From: Octopus vulgaris
Lineage: Eukaryota
Length of the DNA: 64,000 bases
NCBI GenBank assembly: GCA_951406725.2
Contig: OX597819.1
Span: forward strand, 50,220,001-50,284,000
Reading direction: 5' to 3'
Positions 12,104-24,184 of the stretch are shown one piece after another; within the stretch, counting starts at the first letter, position 1, and each line of letters starts with the position of its first letter. The notes under the pieces were generated by a model. The model saw nothing but the letters and a program-made list of their open reading frames with translations. It made no database searches and was not told where the DNA came from. Made by a program: the position numbers and the translations under genes.

Positions 12104-12333
12104 GGCGAGCTGGCAGAAACGTTAGCACGCCGGGCGAAATGCTTAGCGGTATTTCGTCTGCCGTTACGTTGTGAGTTCAAATTCCGTCGAGGTCGACTTT
12201 GCCTTTCATCCTTTCGGGGTCGATAAATTAAGTACCAGTTACGCACTGGGGTCGATGTAATCGACTAAATCCGTTTGTCTGTCCTTGTTTGTCCCCTCTA
12301 TGTTTAGCCCCTGGTGGGTAATAAAGAAATAGG
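12104..12333 (+). mobile_element. tRNA-derived SINE family A (central domain resembles the Meta/MESC SINE domain)
   Basis: A-box-like TGGCAGAAACGTT, B box GAGTTCAAATTCC, core GTCGACTTTGCCTTTCATCCTTTCGGGGTCGATAAATTAAGTACCAG. More than 12 homologues occur in the window. The domain name is from recall. Confidence 0.88.
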
Positions 12334-12390
12334 TAGATGTAGTGGTTGTGGCGATAGTGGTGATGGTGTTTGCGATCTCGATGGTAGAAG

Positions 12391-12589
12391 CAGGGGCGTC
12401 GCTAAGGTGGAGCAAGCAGGGCATATGCCCTGGGCGTTACTTTGATGGGGGTGAGGGCGCTATTGTAGCCAAGATCGTTCTCTAATTAAGCCATTTCTAT
12501 GAGAGTTTTCCACCTTTTGGTTGGTTGGATGGATGGGGGTCTCAATTTTCATGCTTGCCCTGGGCGCCATTTACCCTAACTATACTCTG
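12391..12589. mobile_element. Possible decayed hAT-type MITE
   Basis: CAGGGGCGTCGCTAAGG ... CCCTAACTATACTCTG ends, with subterminal TGCCCTGGGCG twice. The candidate 8-bp TSD matches only 5/8. Confidence 0.4.
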
Positions 12590-12594
12590 TATAG

Positions 12595-12966
12595 GAGTGG
12601 TTATGGTGGTGGTGGTGATGGACGTGTTGATAGTGATGAATGTGGTGATGGTGATGATGGTATGGTAGTGGTGGTGGTAGTGGTAGTGCACGGTAATAGT
12701 GTTTGTGGCGATGGTGATGATCGTGATGGTCGTGGTGGCCGTGGTGGCAGTAGTAGTAGCAGTAGTAGTAGCAGTAGTAGCAGTAGTAGTAGTTGTAGTA
12801 GTAGAGGTGGTGTTGGTGGTGGTAGTATCAGTGGTGTTGACGTCGGTCTTTGTGATGGTCGTGGTGGCGTGATGATGATCGTATTGTAGTAACGGTGGTG
12901 GTGGTCGCCGTAGTGGTGATGTTGGTGTTAGTAGTAGTAGTAGTAGTAGTAATAGTAATAGTAGTG

Positions 12967-13030
<64 letters not shown>

Positions 13031-13662
13031 AAGTTGGAGTAGTTGTAGTAATAGAAGCGATTGTGGTGGTGGTGGTGGTGGTGGTTGTAGTAGTAATATC
13101 AGTGGTGTTGATGTCAGTCTTTGTGGTAGTGGTGGTGGTGGTGGTAATAGTTGTGATAATAATGGTATGGTGAGTCTGGTGAGGATGGTCGTCAACTTGA
13201 GACAGATGATGAGTCTGCGTAAACATTGAGACAAAGCAACAGGAAGAAATCATGTCTTCGACAATTGTATCTGGCGACCTGAGGAGGAACCAGAACGAGG
13301 CAAGCATTGTTCACGTGTGTATCTATGCCCGTGTGGGTGGGAGCGTGTGTGAAGATGTGTTTAGCTATGTGTGTATGTGTGAGTGTGTATGTGAGTCTCT
13401 ACATGTGATGTGAGTGTGTGTCTGTGCATGTGTCAATAAGTGTGAGTCTCGGTGTAAGTGTGTGCCTGTGTGTATGTGTGTGTGTGTGAGTGAGTGTGGA
13501 GGTTTCTGCATGTGTTGTGTCTGTGCATGCATCTGTATGTGTGAGTCTGTGTGTGTGTGTAAGTGCGTGTGTAAACTTTTGTACGTGTGTGTGTGTGTCT
13601 GTATATGTGTCTATAAGTGTGCGTATGTGTGTGAGTGTGTGCGTGTGTGTGTGTGAGTGTGT

Positions 13663-13701
<39 letters not shown>

Positions 13702-13948
13702 TGCATGCGTGTTTGTGTGTCTATGCATGCGTCTGTCTCTGTGTGCTTGTTTGCGTGTGTGTGTGAGTGTGAGTAAGTTTCTGTCTGTGTGTATGTGTGC
13801 GTGTGTGTGTGTCTGCATGCGTGAGTGTCTCTGTGTGTGTGTGTATATGTGTTTATGGAGCATCGTTCCTCTATATAGCTTTCTGTATATGAAACAGCTC
13901 GTGTGTATGTCAGCTTGTTGATATGTGTATGTGTGTGGGCATGTGTGT

Positions 13949-14001
<53 letters not shown>

Positions 14002-14025
14002 TGTGTGTCTGTGCGTGTGTGTATA
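12595..14025. repeat. Compound (GTA/GGT/GAT)n and (GT)n microsatellite field
   Basis: Direct inspection; interrupted by a unique island at ~13170-13315. Confidence 0.9.
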
Positions 14026-14119
14026 GAACTTTCAATTATAGCAAAATACGTGTAAGCAAAGATGAAGTGTTAAGGAGAAACGGGTGTAAAGTAGAAACAG
14101 TATAAAAACCTGAATCTCA

Positions 14120-14401
14120 TCTCTTACACTCTCTCTCAATCTCTTTCTTTTTCTCTTTTCCTTATCCTTTCTCCCTCTCCTCCCCCCTCTCTCTCTGTCA
14201 TAATCTTTCTACCTTTTCCCACTTTTTGCTTTCCTTTCTTGCTCCTCTGTGTCCCTCTCTCTGTCTCTCTCTGTCTCTCTTTCTCTTTGTCTTTCTGTCT
14301 CTGTTACGCTCTGTCTTTCTCTCTCTGTCTCTCTTACTCTCTGTCTTTCTGTCTCTCTTTCGCACTCTCTGTCTGTCTGTCTGTCTGTCTGTATGTATGT
14401 A

Positions 14402-14432
<31 letters not shown>

Positions 14433-15180
14433 GTCTTTCAATCACTCTCTGTCTCTCTGTCTCCCTGTCTCTCTTTCTTTTCTGTCACTCTGTTGCTCTC
14501 TCTGACTCTCTGTCTCTCTCTCTGTCTTTCTATCACTCTCTGTCTTTCTCTCTGTCTTTCTGTTACTCTCTGTCTCTCTGTCTCTCTGTCTTTCTGTTAC
14601 TCTCTGTCTCTCTGTCTCTCTGTCTTTCTGTCACTCACTGTCTCTCTGTCTCACTGACTCCCTGTCTCTCTGTCTCTCTTTCTATCTTTTCTGTCACTCT
14701 CTGTCTCTCTCTGACTCTCTGTCTTTCCCTGACTCTCTGTCTCTCTCTCTCTCTGTCTTTCTATCGTTGTCTCCCTGTCTCTCTTTCTGTCTGTCTTTCT
14801 GTCTCTCTGTCGATCTCTCTGTCTTTCTGTCTCTCTTTCTCTCTGTCTCTCTGTCTCTCTGTCTTTCTGTCACTCACTCTCTCTCTGTCTCACTGACTCC
14901 CTGTCTCTCTGTCTCTCTTTCTATCTTTTCTGTCACTCTCTCGCTCTCTCTGACTCTTTGTCTCTCTCTCTGTCTTTCTATCACTGTCTCTCTGTCTCTC
15001 TTTCTGTCTGTCTTTCTGTTTCTCTGTCGCTCTCTCTGTCTCTCTGTCTCTGTCTCTCTTTCTCTCTGTCTTTCTGTCTCACTGCCTCTTTCTCTCTGTC
15101 TCTCTTTCTCTCTGTCTTTCTGTCTCTCTACCTTTCTCTCTCTCTCTGTCTCTTTCTGTGTCTTTCTGTCACTCTCACTT
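14120..15180. repeat. Polypyrimidine CT/CTGT tract with a ~239-bp higher-order repeat
   Basis: CACTGACTCCCTGTCTCTCTGTCTCTCTTTCTATCTTTTCTGTCACTCT occurs at ~14652 and ~14891. Confidence 0.85.
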
Positions 15181-15220
15181 TCTCGATTTAGCGAAGTTCT
15201 CAGATAAACTGAAAGTACAT

Positions 15221-15453
15221 CTTTTACTTATTTCAGTCATTGGACTGCGGTCACGCTGGAACAACTCGTTGAAAAGTTTAGCCGAACAAATTGGCTCCAG
15301 TATTTCCTCTTTTTTTTTTTTTTTTTTTCATATTTGGTACTTATTCTATCGGTGTCAATTGCCCAACTGCTATATTATAGCGACGTAAACAAACCAACTC
15401 CAGTTGCCAACAGTGGTGGCGTGGGGGCAAACGCACATACAATACACACAGCT

Positions 15454-15480
<27 letters not shown>
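15221..15480 (-). mobile_element. SINE family B, 3' half
   Basis: Homologous to 50411-50640 (CTTTTACTT.TTTCAGTCATT...GGTACTTATTCTATCGG). Confidence 0.7.
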
Positions 15481-15501
<21 letters not shown>

Positions 15502-15533
15502 CACAGTTATAAATATATACACATATACACATA

Positions 15534-15779
15534 CAGTTCTATATTTAAGATTCCTAGTTCGATTCCAGGCAGTGACCTGAATAATAATAATAACAACAAC
15601 AACAACATCGAAAAATACCATAGGAATGAGAACTTAGGTTCGAAATTTCCCCAAGGCACCCGATGAAGGCTGGAGGGTTTATCAGGCGAAACGTTGTGTT
15701 AACAACAAACAAGATGAGCACAAATATCCGTCAAATGTAAATAATGCACATAATTCCTCATCTCTTAAATATAGAACTG
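15534..15779 (+). mobile_element. Short element with Pol III B box, (AAT/AAC)n linker, hammerhead motif and 17-bp terminal inverted repeat
   Basis: CAGTTCTATATTTAAGA (15534-15550) pairs perfectly with TCTTAAATATAGAACTG (15763-15779). B box GTTCGATTCC at 15557-15566. Confidence 0.8.
15655..15700 (+). ncRNA. Minimal type I hammerhead ribozyme motif (mutated copy)
   Basis: Stem I GGCAC/GTGTT; core CCGATGA (U4>C) plus A; stem II GGCTG/CAGGC with one mismatch; GAA; palindromic helix III (A)ACGT(T); GUU triplet. Confidence 0.75.
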
Positions 15780-15839
15780 CAATAATTTCTTTCTTAAAAA
15801 TCTGCAGAAATTATTTGTTTATTGTGATCAAATGGTTGT

Positions 15840-16030
15840 GCTGTTTAGTAACTCACCACCTCCATGAAATCAACGTTGTCTGAGCAGGTGCACGGTGTAA
15901 CCACAGGTCAGGTGTCGAAGTTATCGCAGAGCAACGTGAGATGAAGTGTTCTGCGCAAAAAACTCAACGCACCACCTGGTACAGGAATTGAAACCGCGAT
16001 CTCATAACCACTAGACCATGTGCCCTCACA
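15840..16030 (-). mobile_element. Decayed SINE family C
   Basis: GCAACGTGAGATGAAGTG...AGGAATTGAAACC...TAACCACTAGACCATGTGCCCTCACA matches 28390-28510. Confidence 0.7.
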
Positions 16031-16422
16031 CGTTCCTGCGTACATAAATACATGCATACATGTCAGCGAGTACATGCGTGTATGGGAAAATGTATATATG
16101 AACGGGTGTATGGTAAGAAATATAGTTATTCAGAGAGAGGGACAGTGAGAAAGAAAGAGAGAGAGAGAGAGAGAAGGATAAAGGAAGGGAAAGGTAAGTA
16201 GATATAGCAGAACTTCTTATTCTTAGTAGTAAGTATAAGATGAAAACTAAAACGGATAAGTAGAGAGATAGACATACGCATGGAAAGATGAATATAGGTA
16301 GATAACAACGTCACACACATTAACACGCGCGCGCGCATAGACAAACAGACAGACAGACAGACATAGATATATAAAGATCGATAGATATAGAGGTACAACA
16401 TGGAAGTATATTGTATAACGCA

Positions 16423-16473
<51 letters not shown>

Positions 16474-16594
16474 TGTATGCGCGTGTGTATATATATGTAT
16501 GTATGCATATATTTGTATATATTCATAATGGTGTCTGGAGTATCGTAAGACAATGCATTTTGAAGATGTCTTGAAACAGAAAACTCAATAAGGT

Positions 16595-16606
16595 ATCATC
16601 ATCACC

Positions 16607-16665
<59 letters not shown>

Positions 16666-16692
16666 AATCATCATCATCATCATCATCATCAT

Positions 16693-16738
<46 letters not shown>

Positions 16739-16795
16739 GTCATCATCTCCATCATCATCATCATCTCCATCATCATCATATCCATCATCACCATT

Positions 16796-16834
<39 letters not shown>

Positions 16835-16835
16835 G
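16595..16835. repeat. (CAT)n microsatellite
   Basis: Direct inspection. Confidence 0.95.
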
Positions 16836-17901
16836 TTGCGAGCATAGTCGCCGTTGTCATTGTCACCATGTTTATGGAAGAAAAAAAGGAAGGAAAATCA
16901 AAATAAAAGACAAACAAAAACCAGAAAGAAACAAAGAAACAGCAAGGACCTAAAGGAAACAAACAAACAACAACGTAAATACACTTTAAAAATATATTAA
17001 GAAGACCGCAAGCAAGGTGCCTCCCGCTCTACAAAAGAGTTCCCTTGCCACCCCCATCAATAGTTAATGTTACAACAAGAAATAAACGACAAGACTAACA
17101 TGAAAACAATTCAAATTCGAACAAAAGACAAAAGTGAATGTGAAAGTGAAAGTACAAGATAGTTTCGTCTATTGTTCATAATTTTTTTGCATCTTCATTT
17201 ACTGTTTGATGTTAATTAGTAAAGCGGTATTGGTCCCCACGTGATGTAATCGACCTGTTCATTATCTTCAAAGCGTCGTTGCAGATGTTGTTGTTGTTGT
17301 TATTGTTGTTGTTATATGTGTTGGTGACGACGATGGTATTGTTTGTTTGTTGTTGCCATCATTGCTAGTGTTTGTAATAGTTGTTATTGTTTTTGTTGTT
17401 CGGTTGTTGTATGTGTTGTTGTTGTTGTTGTAATTACGAACATCATAGATATCACTAGCAAAAGAAGCATTATCGACTATATCGCACAATTACAACAAAA
17501 AACAACAACAACAACAACATTGTTGTAACACACAGTGATGTCGATATGACCATGATAATGATAATTACTATAATCCTCAATCATTCCCCCCTCGTCAAAA
17601 ATCATCATCACCGCCGCCGCCGCCGCGGCCAGCAGCAGCAGAAGCACCACCACCACTACCACCAATGCCATGAACACCAACTCAACCGCCACCACCAGCG
17701 CCACCACCACGGGCAATGTCGACGAAGGTGGCGACAATGACGACGACAACAACTATAACAACAGCGCCTCGTTCATTAACATGCTTATCGCCTTCATCAG
17801 CATAACCTTAATTATAACAAAATGAAAATGAAGACAATAATAAAAAATATAATAATAACAATATCAGCAATACTGCTGTTTGCCACCACCATGACCCCCT
17901 G

Positions 17902-17933
<32 letters not shown>

Positions 17934-18106
17934 GGTGCTGCTACTGTTGATTATACTTATTGACACACCGGCCTCAGAGTTGGGCGCAATACAAAAGCGA
18001 CAAAGAATATTACAATACAATGGTGAAATCAGTAGAAAATAAATGAAAAATAGAAATATTATTATTTCTAAGTCTCTCTAAAGGAGACTACGGCAGCGGT
18101 ACTGGA

Positions 18107-18317
18107 TATTAATAGTTATCGCCAGGCTAATATGGCAGTCCATAAATATAGGACGGAAGCTGCCGTTGATTAGCTCCAACTAGTTCGAAGGTTATAATGG
18201 ACACAGGTTCGTGTGTCATATAGCTAGCTAGAGGCGATGGCCTCTTGGAGCTAATCAACGGCAGCTTTCGTCCTATATTTATGGACTGCCATATTAGCTT
18301 GGCGATAACTATTAATA
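18107..18317. repeat. 73-bp inverted repeat (71/73 identical) with 65-bp spacer
   Basis: Arms at 18107-18179 and 18245-18317. Confidence 0.95.
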
Positions 18318-18399
18318 ATAAAAAAAAAGATATAGCAATACAATATCAAGGAAAACTGTCTCCATTAGAAAGTGGATAAAATTACCAGGTTTAATATGG

Positions 18400-19590
18400 T
18401 GGGTGAACCCCAAGGTGAAAATCCCGGATGATTCTGCGGCATCAGAGTCCTCAAAAGCGCTCTTTCCTCGTTTCTTGCGTCGTGTTTATAGCTGCTTAAT
18501 CAGTGCTGACCCTTTTAGTCTCAACAATCTCACCGATTCCAAACACTTTTCGTAAAATACGCGAGTGTATTTGAGAGCAGCACCTTCTTCTTCAAGCGAT
18601 ATTTGAAGTTAAGTGTTAGTTACGTCCTCAAATATTTTAACATGGCCGCTCTTCATTGTTAAAGGAAGGCGTCAGGTCAATAGTCATAATAGACTCGATT
18701 CATAGCTATATCGATCCTATAATTCTCAGCTGTTCGACACGAATTCACTTGTTGGCAATATAATGGATACAGAACGAGTACGTTCAGAGCGGTTTCCTCA
18801 TACTTGCACTTATCACACAGCGTCAGCTTGACGGCCGAAGATTCCGTACCTGTAGATTTGGACCCAAATAAGTAACTTTACCATATATAGTGCTGACAAG
18901 CCAAGAACTCTTGGAAATTGCCTCACATTATTCCCACCATTATCTAGTGTCGTTCTTTGGTCACCATCACTTACACCCACAACTAACCCTCTATATGAAA
19001 CGAAAGTTGAGCTTTTCTTTTTCACAGATTGCATTGTTGAGCTAGTAGGGTGCAATAGGTGTCTGGTAACATATCAAACGGTCAAATTTCGTTTGTACTT
19101 TGTCGAGAACTGTATCTCGGTCGAGGAGACGAACTATGGAAAGTTATGGTGCACGAAAAAAGCCCCCACTTGTTCCACCATTGTCGTCGGCATCTGTGTG
19201 ATCCAGGAATATCTGCAGGTACCTGTGTTTCATATGCAATGGCATCACGAGATCCCTGTTGAGTGAATTTCTGCAGCAGATGGCTCTCCTGATCAGTGGA
19301 ACCTGTTCATAGCACACATAAAAAATGGAAAGAGTACAAGAAAAAGCATGCAGTGCAATAAGGGCACGTTTTTCTCCCTGGGGCGATGCAGATTGTAGTA
19401 CACTTCTGAGGCAATGTAGTCGCTATTCGCTTCGAACTATTTAGGGCGGCAACGTCTTTTCAATCAATTTCTGAGTAAGATTGGCTAGCTTCCTCAAGAC
19501 CTCTTCTAATTCTTCTCCACCTAGAGTTCCTGTTCAAATCAGACCGACGGCACTTTTCTAGCGACATAAACCACTTCTGCCGACAATAAG
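18400..19590 (-). mobile_element. Heavily decayed L1/Tx1-type LINE, 3' part of ORF2
   Basis: Frameshifted minus-strand remnants appear in the expected order: YIASEVYYNL, NFQEFLACQHY, zinc-knuckle relic CDKCKYEETALNVLVLYP, RVEQL, ESIMTIDLTPSFN, FKYRLKKKV, then stop at 18486-18488. Confidence 0.65.
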
Positions 19591-19594
19591 AGTT

Positions 19595-19900
19595 TAGTTG
19601 TTCGATCAACTGAACGACCAGGCTTTTTGGACTTGTATGCAATTGGCTGAATGTTCGACAGATATGTGTACCCTCAAAGTGATTCTCAATCAGAAATCAG
19701 TGTGATGTAGTATTTCAAATATGTACCTTTGAATTACGAGTACAACCTGAATGAGGTACTTCAGCAGAGTTAACGTTTATTTATTCCCTCACTAAGCAAA
19801 GGTCGAACTAGAATAAGACACCCGCGCAAGATGCCGTGGAGCAGGATCGATCCACACCTCGACCTTGTGATGAAGAAGCTGACGTCTTAACCACTCATAA
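19595..19900 (-). mobile_element. Old SINE remnants (tail homologous to 46245-46400, plus a tRNA-like head)
   Basis: GTTGTTCGATCAACTGAAC..TGCAATTGGCTGAATG..TGTACCCT aligns with GTTGATTCGATCAACGGAAC..TGCAAGCGGCTGAGCA..CGTGCCCT. Confidence 0.55.
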
Positions 19901-20176
19901 TGCTTCTCGAGTACCGCTACAGTACTAATACCGCCACAGTTATCTACCTCACCACTACTACCACTAGGGTGGTGATAAATTTTAATAAAATATCGTAGAG
20001 AAGAACATCGCTAAGCTTTGCTTTGCACTGTCAAGAGCTTCCACCCCCACCCTCAACTCGACATCTTGAAGAACGAGCAATGTCGGTGAATGTTTGGATA
20101 TGGTAGAGTGTGTGTGTATGTGTGTGGAGGAGGAGATGCAATACAAAATAAGTCCCATTGTATCAGTGAGTCAGAG

Positions 20177-20236
<60 letters not shown>

Positions 20237-20283
20237 GCATACATACACACACAAACATACACACACACACACACACACACATA

Positions 20284-20325
<42 letters not shown>

Positions 20326-20358
20326 CATATATTATATGTGCATCCCCCTCTTTCTCTT

Positions 20359-20444
<86 letters not shown>

Positions 20445-20526
20445 TACACATATACATAGACACACATACATCCATACATCCATATATATATATATATCTT
20501 ACAAGCATTCATGCATACATAAATGC

Positions 20527-20572
<46 letters not shown>

Positions 20573-20647
20573 CGTGTATGTGTGTGTGTATTCGTGTGTG
20601 TGTATGTGTTCAGAGGAAAAGGAAGAAAAAGAGAGAGGGAGAGAAAA

Positions 20648-20679
<32 letters not shown>

Positions 20680-20807
20680 CAGATAGAAAATAGGAAATAT
20701 ATATATAAAAGAAGCAAAGATGAATTAATAACAATGGCGCTAGTTCTGAAAAATCGTGAGTTTACCATTCTTGACATTTATTATTATTTTTTTTCGATCG
20801 GTCATTA

Positions 20808-20886
<79 letters not shown>

Positions 20887-21524
20887 TGAAGAGCTGCTGT
20901 TGTTTATCAGAGTATTCAATCTGTAAAACAGCTAACACTATTGATAGAGTGTTGTCTGCCATTTCATTTCCACACAAAATAACACGACGAAAAAATAAAT
21001 AGATAAATAAAAATGAAAAAAAAAATTCAAAAATAAGGTACAAAACGAATCAAAACAAACAACAGAAAACGAAATAAAAATTAAAAAAGTGAAAGATGGA
21101 GCGATAGAGAAATAAAATTTAGAATAAGAATTAAATCTAAAAAACAAATAATACTGAAATAAGATGAACATAAATATATATATATGTACATATATGAATA
21201 TATATATATATATAAATATGGTGTGCATGAATATATATAAAGATAAAATTGTATGAAAATTATAAAACTATGTAAAAAAAATTAAATTAAATTAAAATTA
21301 TAAAATTATATAAATAAGAATAAAATTATACTCTGTGTAAAATTAAGAAGAACCGAAAAAAAACTAATATAAATTTAAATAAAACCAATCAAGGTGAAAT
21401 AAAAATGAATAAGGAGAATAAATAATGAAATTTTATATAAAAAGAAATTGGAAATAAATATAAAAGACTGGGAGAAAATAAAACATAAACAAGCTTTGAA
21501 TAAGATGTCTAAGTGTGTGTGTAT

Positions 21525-21603
<79 letters not shown>

Positions 21604-22585
21604 TGTGTGCTTTCAAATACTTAAATATAGTGAACATTGACCGAATAAAGAGCTCAATACATGCATAGTCTAATATTTATTATGATTATATTGACAGTCA
21701 CTTCGAAATTTCAGCGCCTGTCGTTGCTTGTTCAGTACGACTGGCGGCGAGACTTCGCTGTCATCTCCATAACACACACACACACAAGTTTCATGATGCA
21801 GACAGGAAAATAGAACTCAAAGCACGTGTGTATATTACAATTATTAAACATATCATCTTTATTATTAACCGAAGTTAGAGAGTGACTTTAGGATCAAGAG
21901 TTTCGTACATTGGCACTTATCAGACTAGTTTCAAGTTTACATGGATCAATAAAAATGATATTTCTCTGGATTGTTCTAGAATAAAATTTATTCTAGAACA
22001 ATGGCAAGCCAAAGAATTCTATAATTTAATTATAGAATCAATTACAAGTTCACGTGAATAGTGTATATTTTTTCAAATGAGTTACCAGTTAAGCAACTTC
22101 AGTGATGAATAAATAAGTTAAATTTAGAGAACGGCGAAGGGTAAGTATAATACTTGTATATATATATATATGCGTGTGTACAGGCTTATGTCTATGTCTG
22201 CGTGTATGTGTACGTATAGAGATATATAAACAGAGTTGCACTTATGCATTATATTACACACAATAATTATTTTGAAGCGCGTTGCTATTTAAATCTCCAG
22301 TCTCTTTCTCGACCAGAACAGTCTGTTCTCCTATTGCGTGTTCTAATACTAATCTATCACTCTTTGTTTTATCCCTGAATGCTTGATTCTTCCCTATTGG
22401 CCGATTACATTCGCCCCCCCCCCCCGTCTCCTTCTTCCTTGTGTCTTGGCTTTAACCGTTAATTGCTTCTTATGTAAACATCCCTTTTTCTGAAAAATTG
22501 TCTGTATGGATATGAGGGGAGTTTATTACTTAAAATATCTCTGTTTGAATAAGCTGTTGAAGCGAAAAGTAAAGTTCTAATATCA

Positions 22586-22671
22586 TCAATAAATTCTACT
22601 CTATTAAATGTATTGAGTTCAATAAATTCTACTCTACTGAATGTATTGAGTTCAATAAATTCTACTCTACT
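22586..22671. repeat. 33-bp tandem repeat, 2.6 copies
   Basis: Unit TCAATAAATTCTACTCTAYTRAATGTATTGAGT. Confidence 0.9.
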
Positions 22672-22844
22672 AGTTCTACAGTCCCTCCATCATTAAATAT
22701 GTTATTTTTCATTAAGCTGTTCAAGGTTACCATATAATACATATTTACATACATACATCCGTACACATACATACTTAATCACACACATATATATACTTCC
22801 ACACATACACATGTATATATGCATGTATGTATCGATCAATTGGT

Positions 22845-23001
<157 letters not shown>

Positions 23002-23531
23002 ATTACGCATGTGATTGCACTCGCGCGCGCACGCGTGCATGTGTTACAGTAGAAATAATGATTTCTCACAAAGGCACATTATCATATTTTTCTTAAAACG
23101 ATGTACTGTATTATAACGATCATAATCTTTAGTTTATGTTTTTCTCATAGGCACCGGAATAGTCAAAAAATAAATTCATCCTTGACAGAAATTGAACTTG
23201 TGAACGTAGTGACAGATAATCATAACTATAAAATGAAAATTATAGATAACTCTTCTGGGTTAATTATTAACTGTTCTGCATTTTCAGGAAGTAGACTTTT
23301 ATCCTAGCTTAGTTTGGTTTAACCCTCCATATAATTTGGATGTTATCACAATGTTAGTGACATTCTAGTTCTTTTAAGGTAACACTTCTCATTGGCATAT
23401 AGTTTTCATTTGCGAATATCCGAGTAACCATAATTGAATCATTAACTGTTTCCCAGAAAAACTTAGACTCTACACCATGTGCTGAGTGCACTTTTCTTTC
23501 GTTTCTGAACTCACACACATATATATATATA

Positions 23532-24129
23532 CAAGGCGGATCAACAAGTATCCGGACTGTTACCATAGTAACGAAGTGGAAGCCCGTAGAGTGAAGCCGC
23601 TTGGCACAGATTGACTTTGTACATTGCTGTGCAATCACACTAAGTTTTAACGTTCTAGTTCACTTGTTCACCTCTGCTGTTTACAGTAGTGTTTGGAAAG
23701 AAGGTTTGTAGCATGTGATCGTCGCATTAACCATGACAAAGAAAGTTGAGCAGAGAATCTGCATCAAATTTTGTCAAAAGCTAGGCGATACCTGCTCTGA
23801 TGCCTACACAAAATTTTCAAAAAAATTTCATCGTTCTCAACACAATTAAGGAGATCTTGCGGGTCTCCCAGAGCGTTCATCAATATCGATATTTTTTCGG
23901 TCATCTTGAAAATGACTGAACCACTTGTACACTTGTGCGCGGCTCACAGCAGGTATCGTCATACCTTCCTTCCAAGCTCTATTGTAAACAGAGGAGGTGG
24001 GCTAGAACGTTAAAACTTAGTGCACACACACAGCAGGGTTCAAGGTCAATCTTTGCCAAGCGGCTTTACTCTGCGTGCTTTAGCTTCGTTACTATGGCAA
24101 TAGTCCGGATACATATTGATCAGACATCG
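23532..24129. mobile_element. Non-autonomous mariner derivative built from two inward-facing 5' ends, TA TSD
   Basis: Long inverted arms (GATCAA.A.GTATCCGGACT...TAAGTTTTAACGTTCTAG). Plus strand from 23733: MTKKVEQRICIKFCQKLGDTC. Minus strand ~23945-23825: SRAQVYKWFSHFQDDRKNIDIDERSGRP then QDLLNCVENDE. TA on both sides. Confidence 0.88.
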
Positions 24130-24153
24130 TACAAATATATGTATATGTAAGTT

Positions 24154-24184
<31 letters not shown>

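Noticed and set aside
18126-18175. GTCC/GGAC + GAAA as a hammerhead
   Set aside because: No CUGANGA core; the arm folds better as a single bulged hairpin.
22586-22671. CRISPR-like 33-bp repeats
   Set aside because: No spacers, no cas genes, eukaryotic context.
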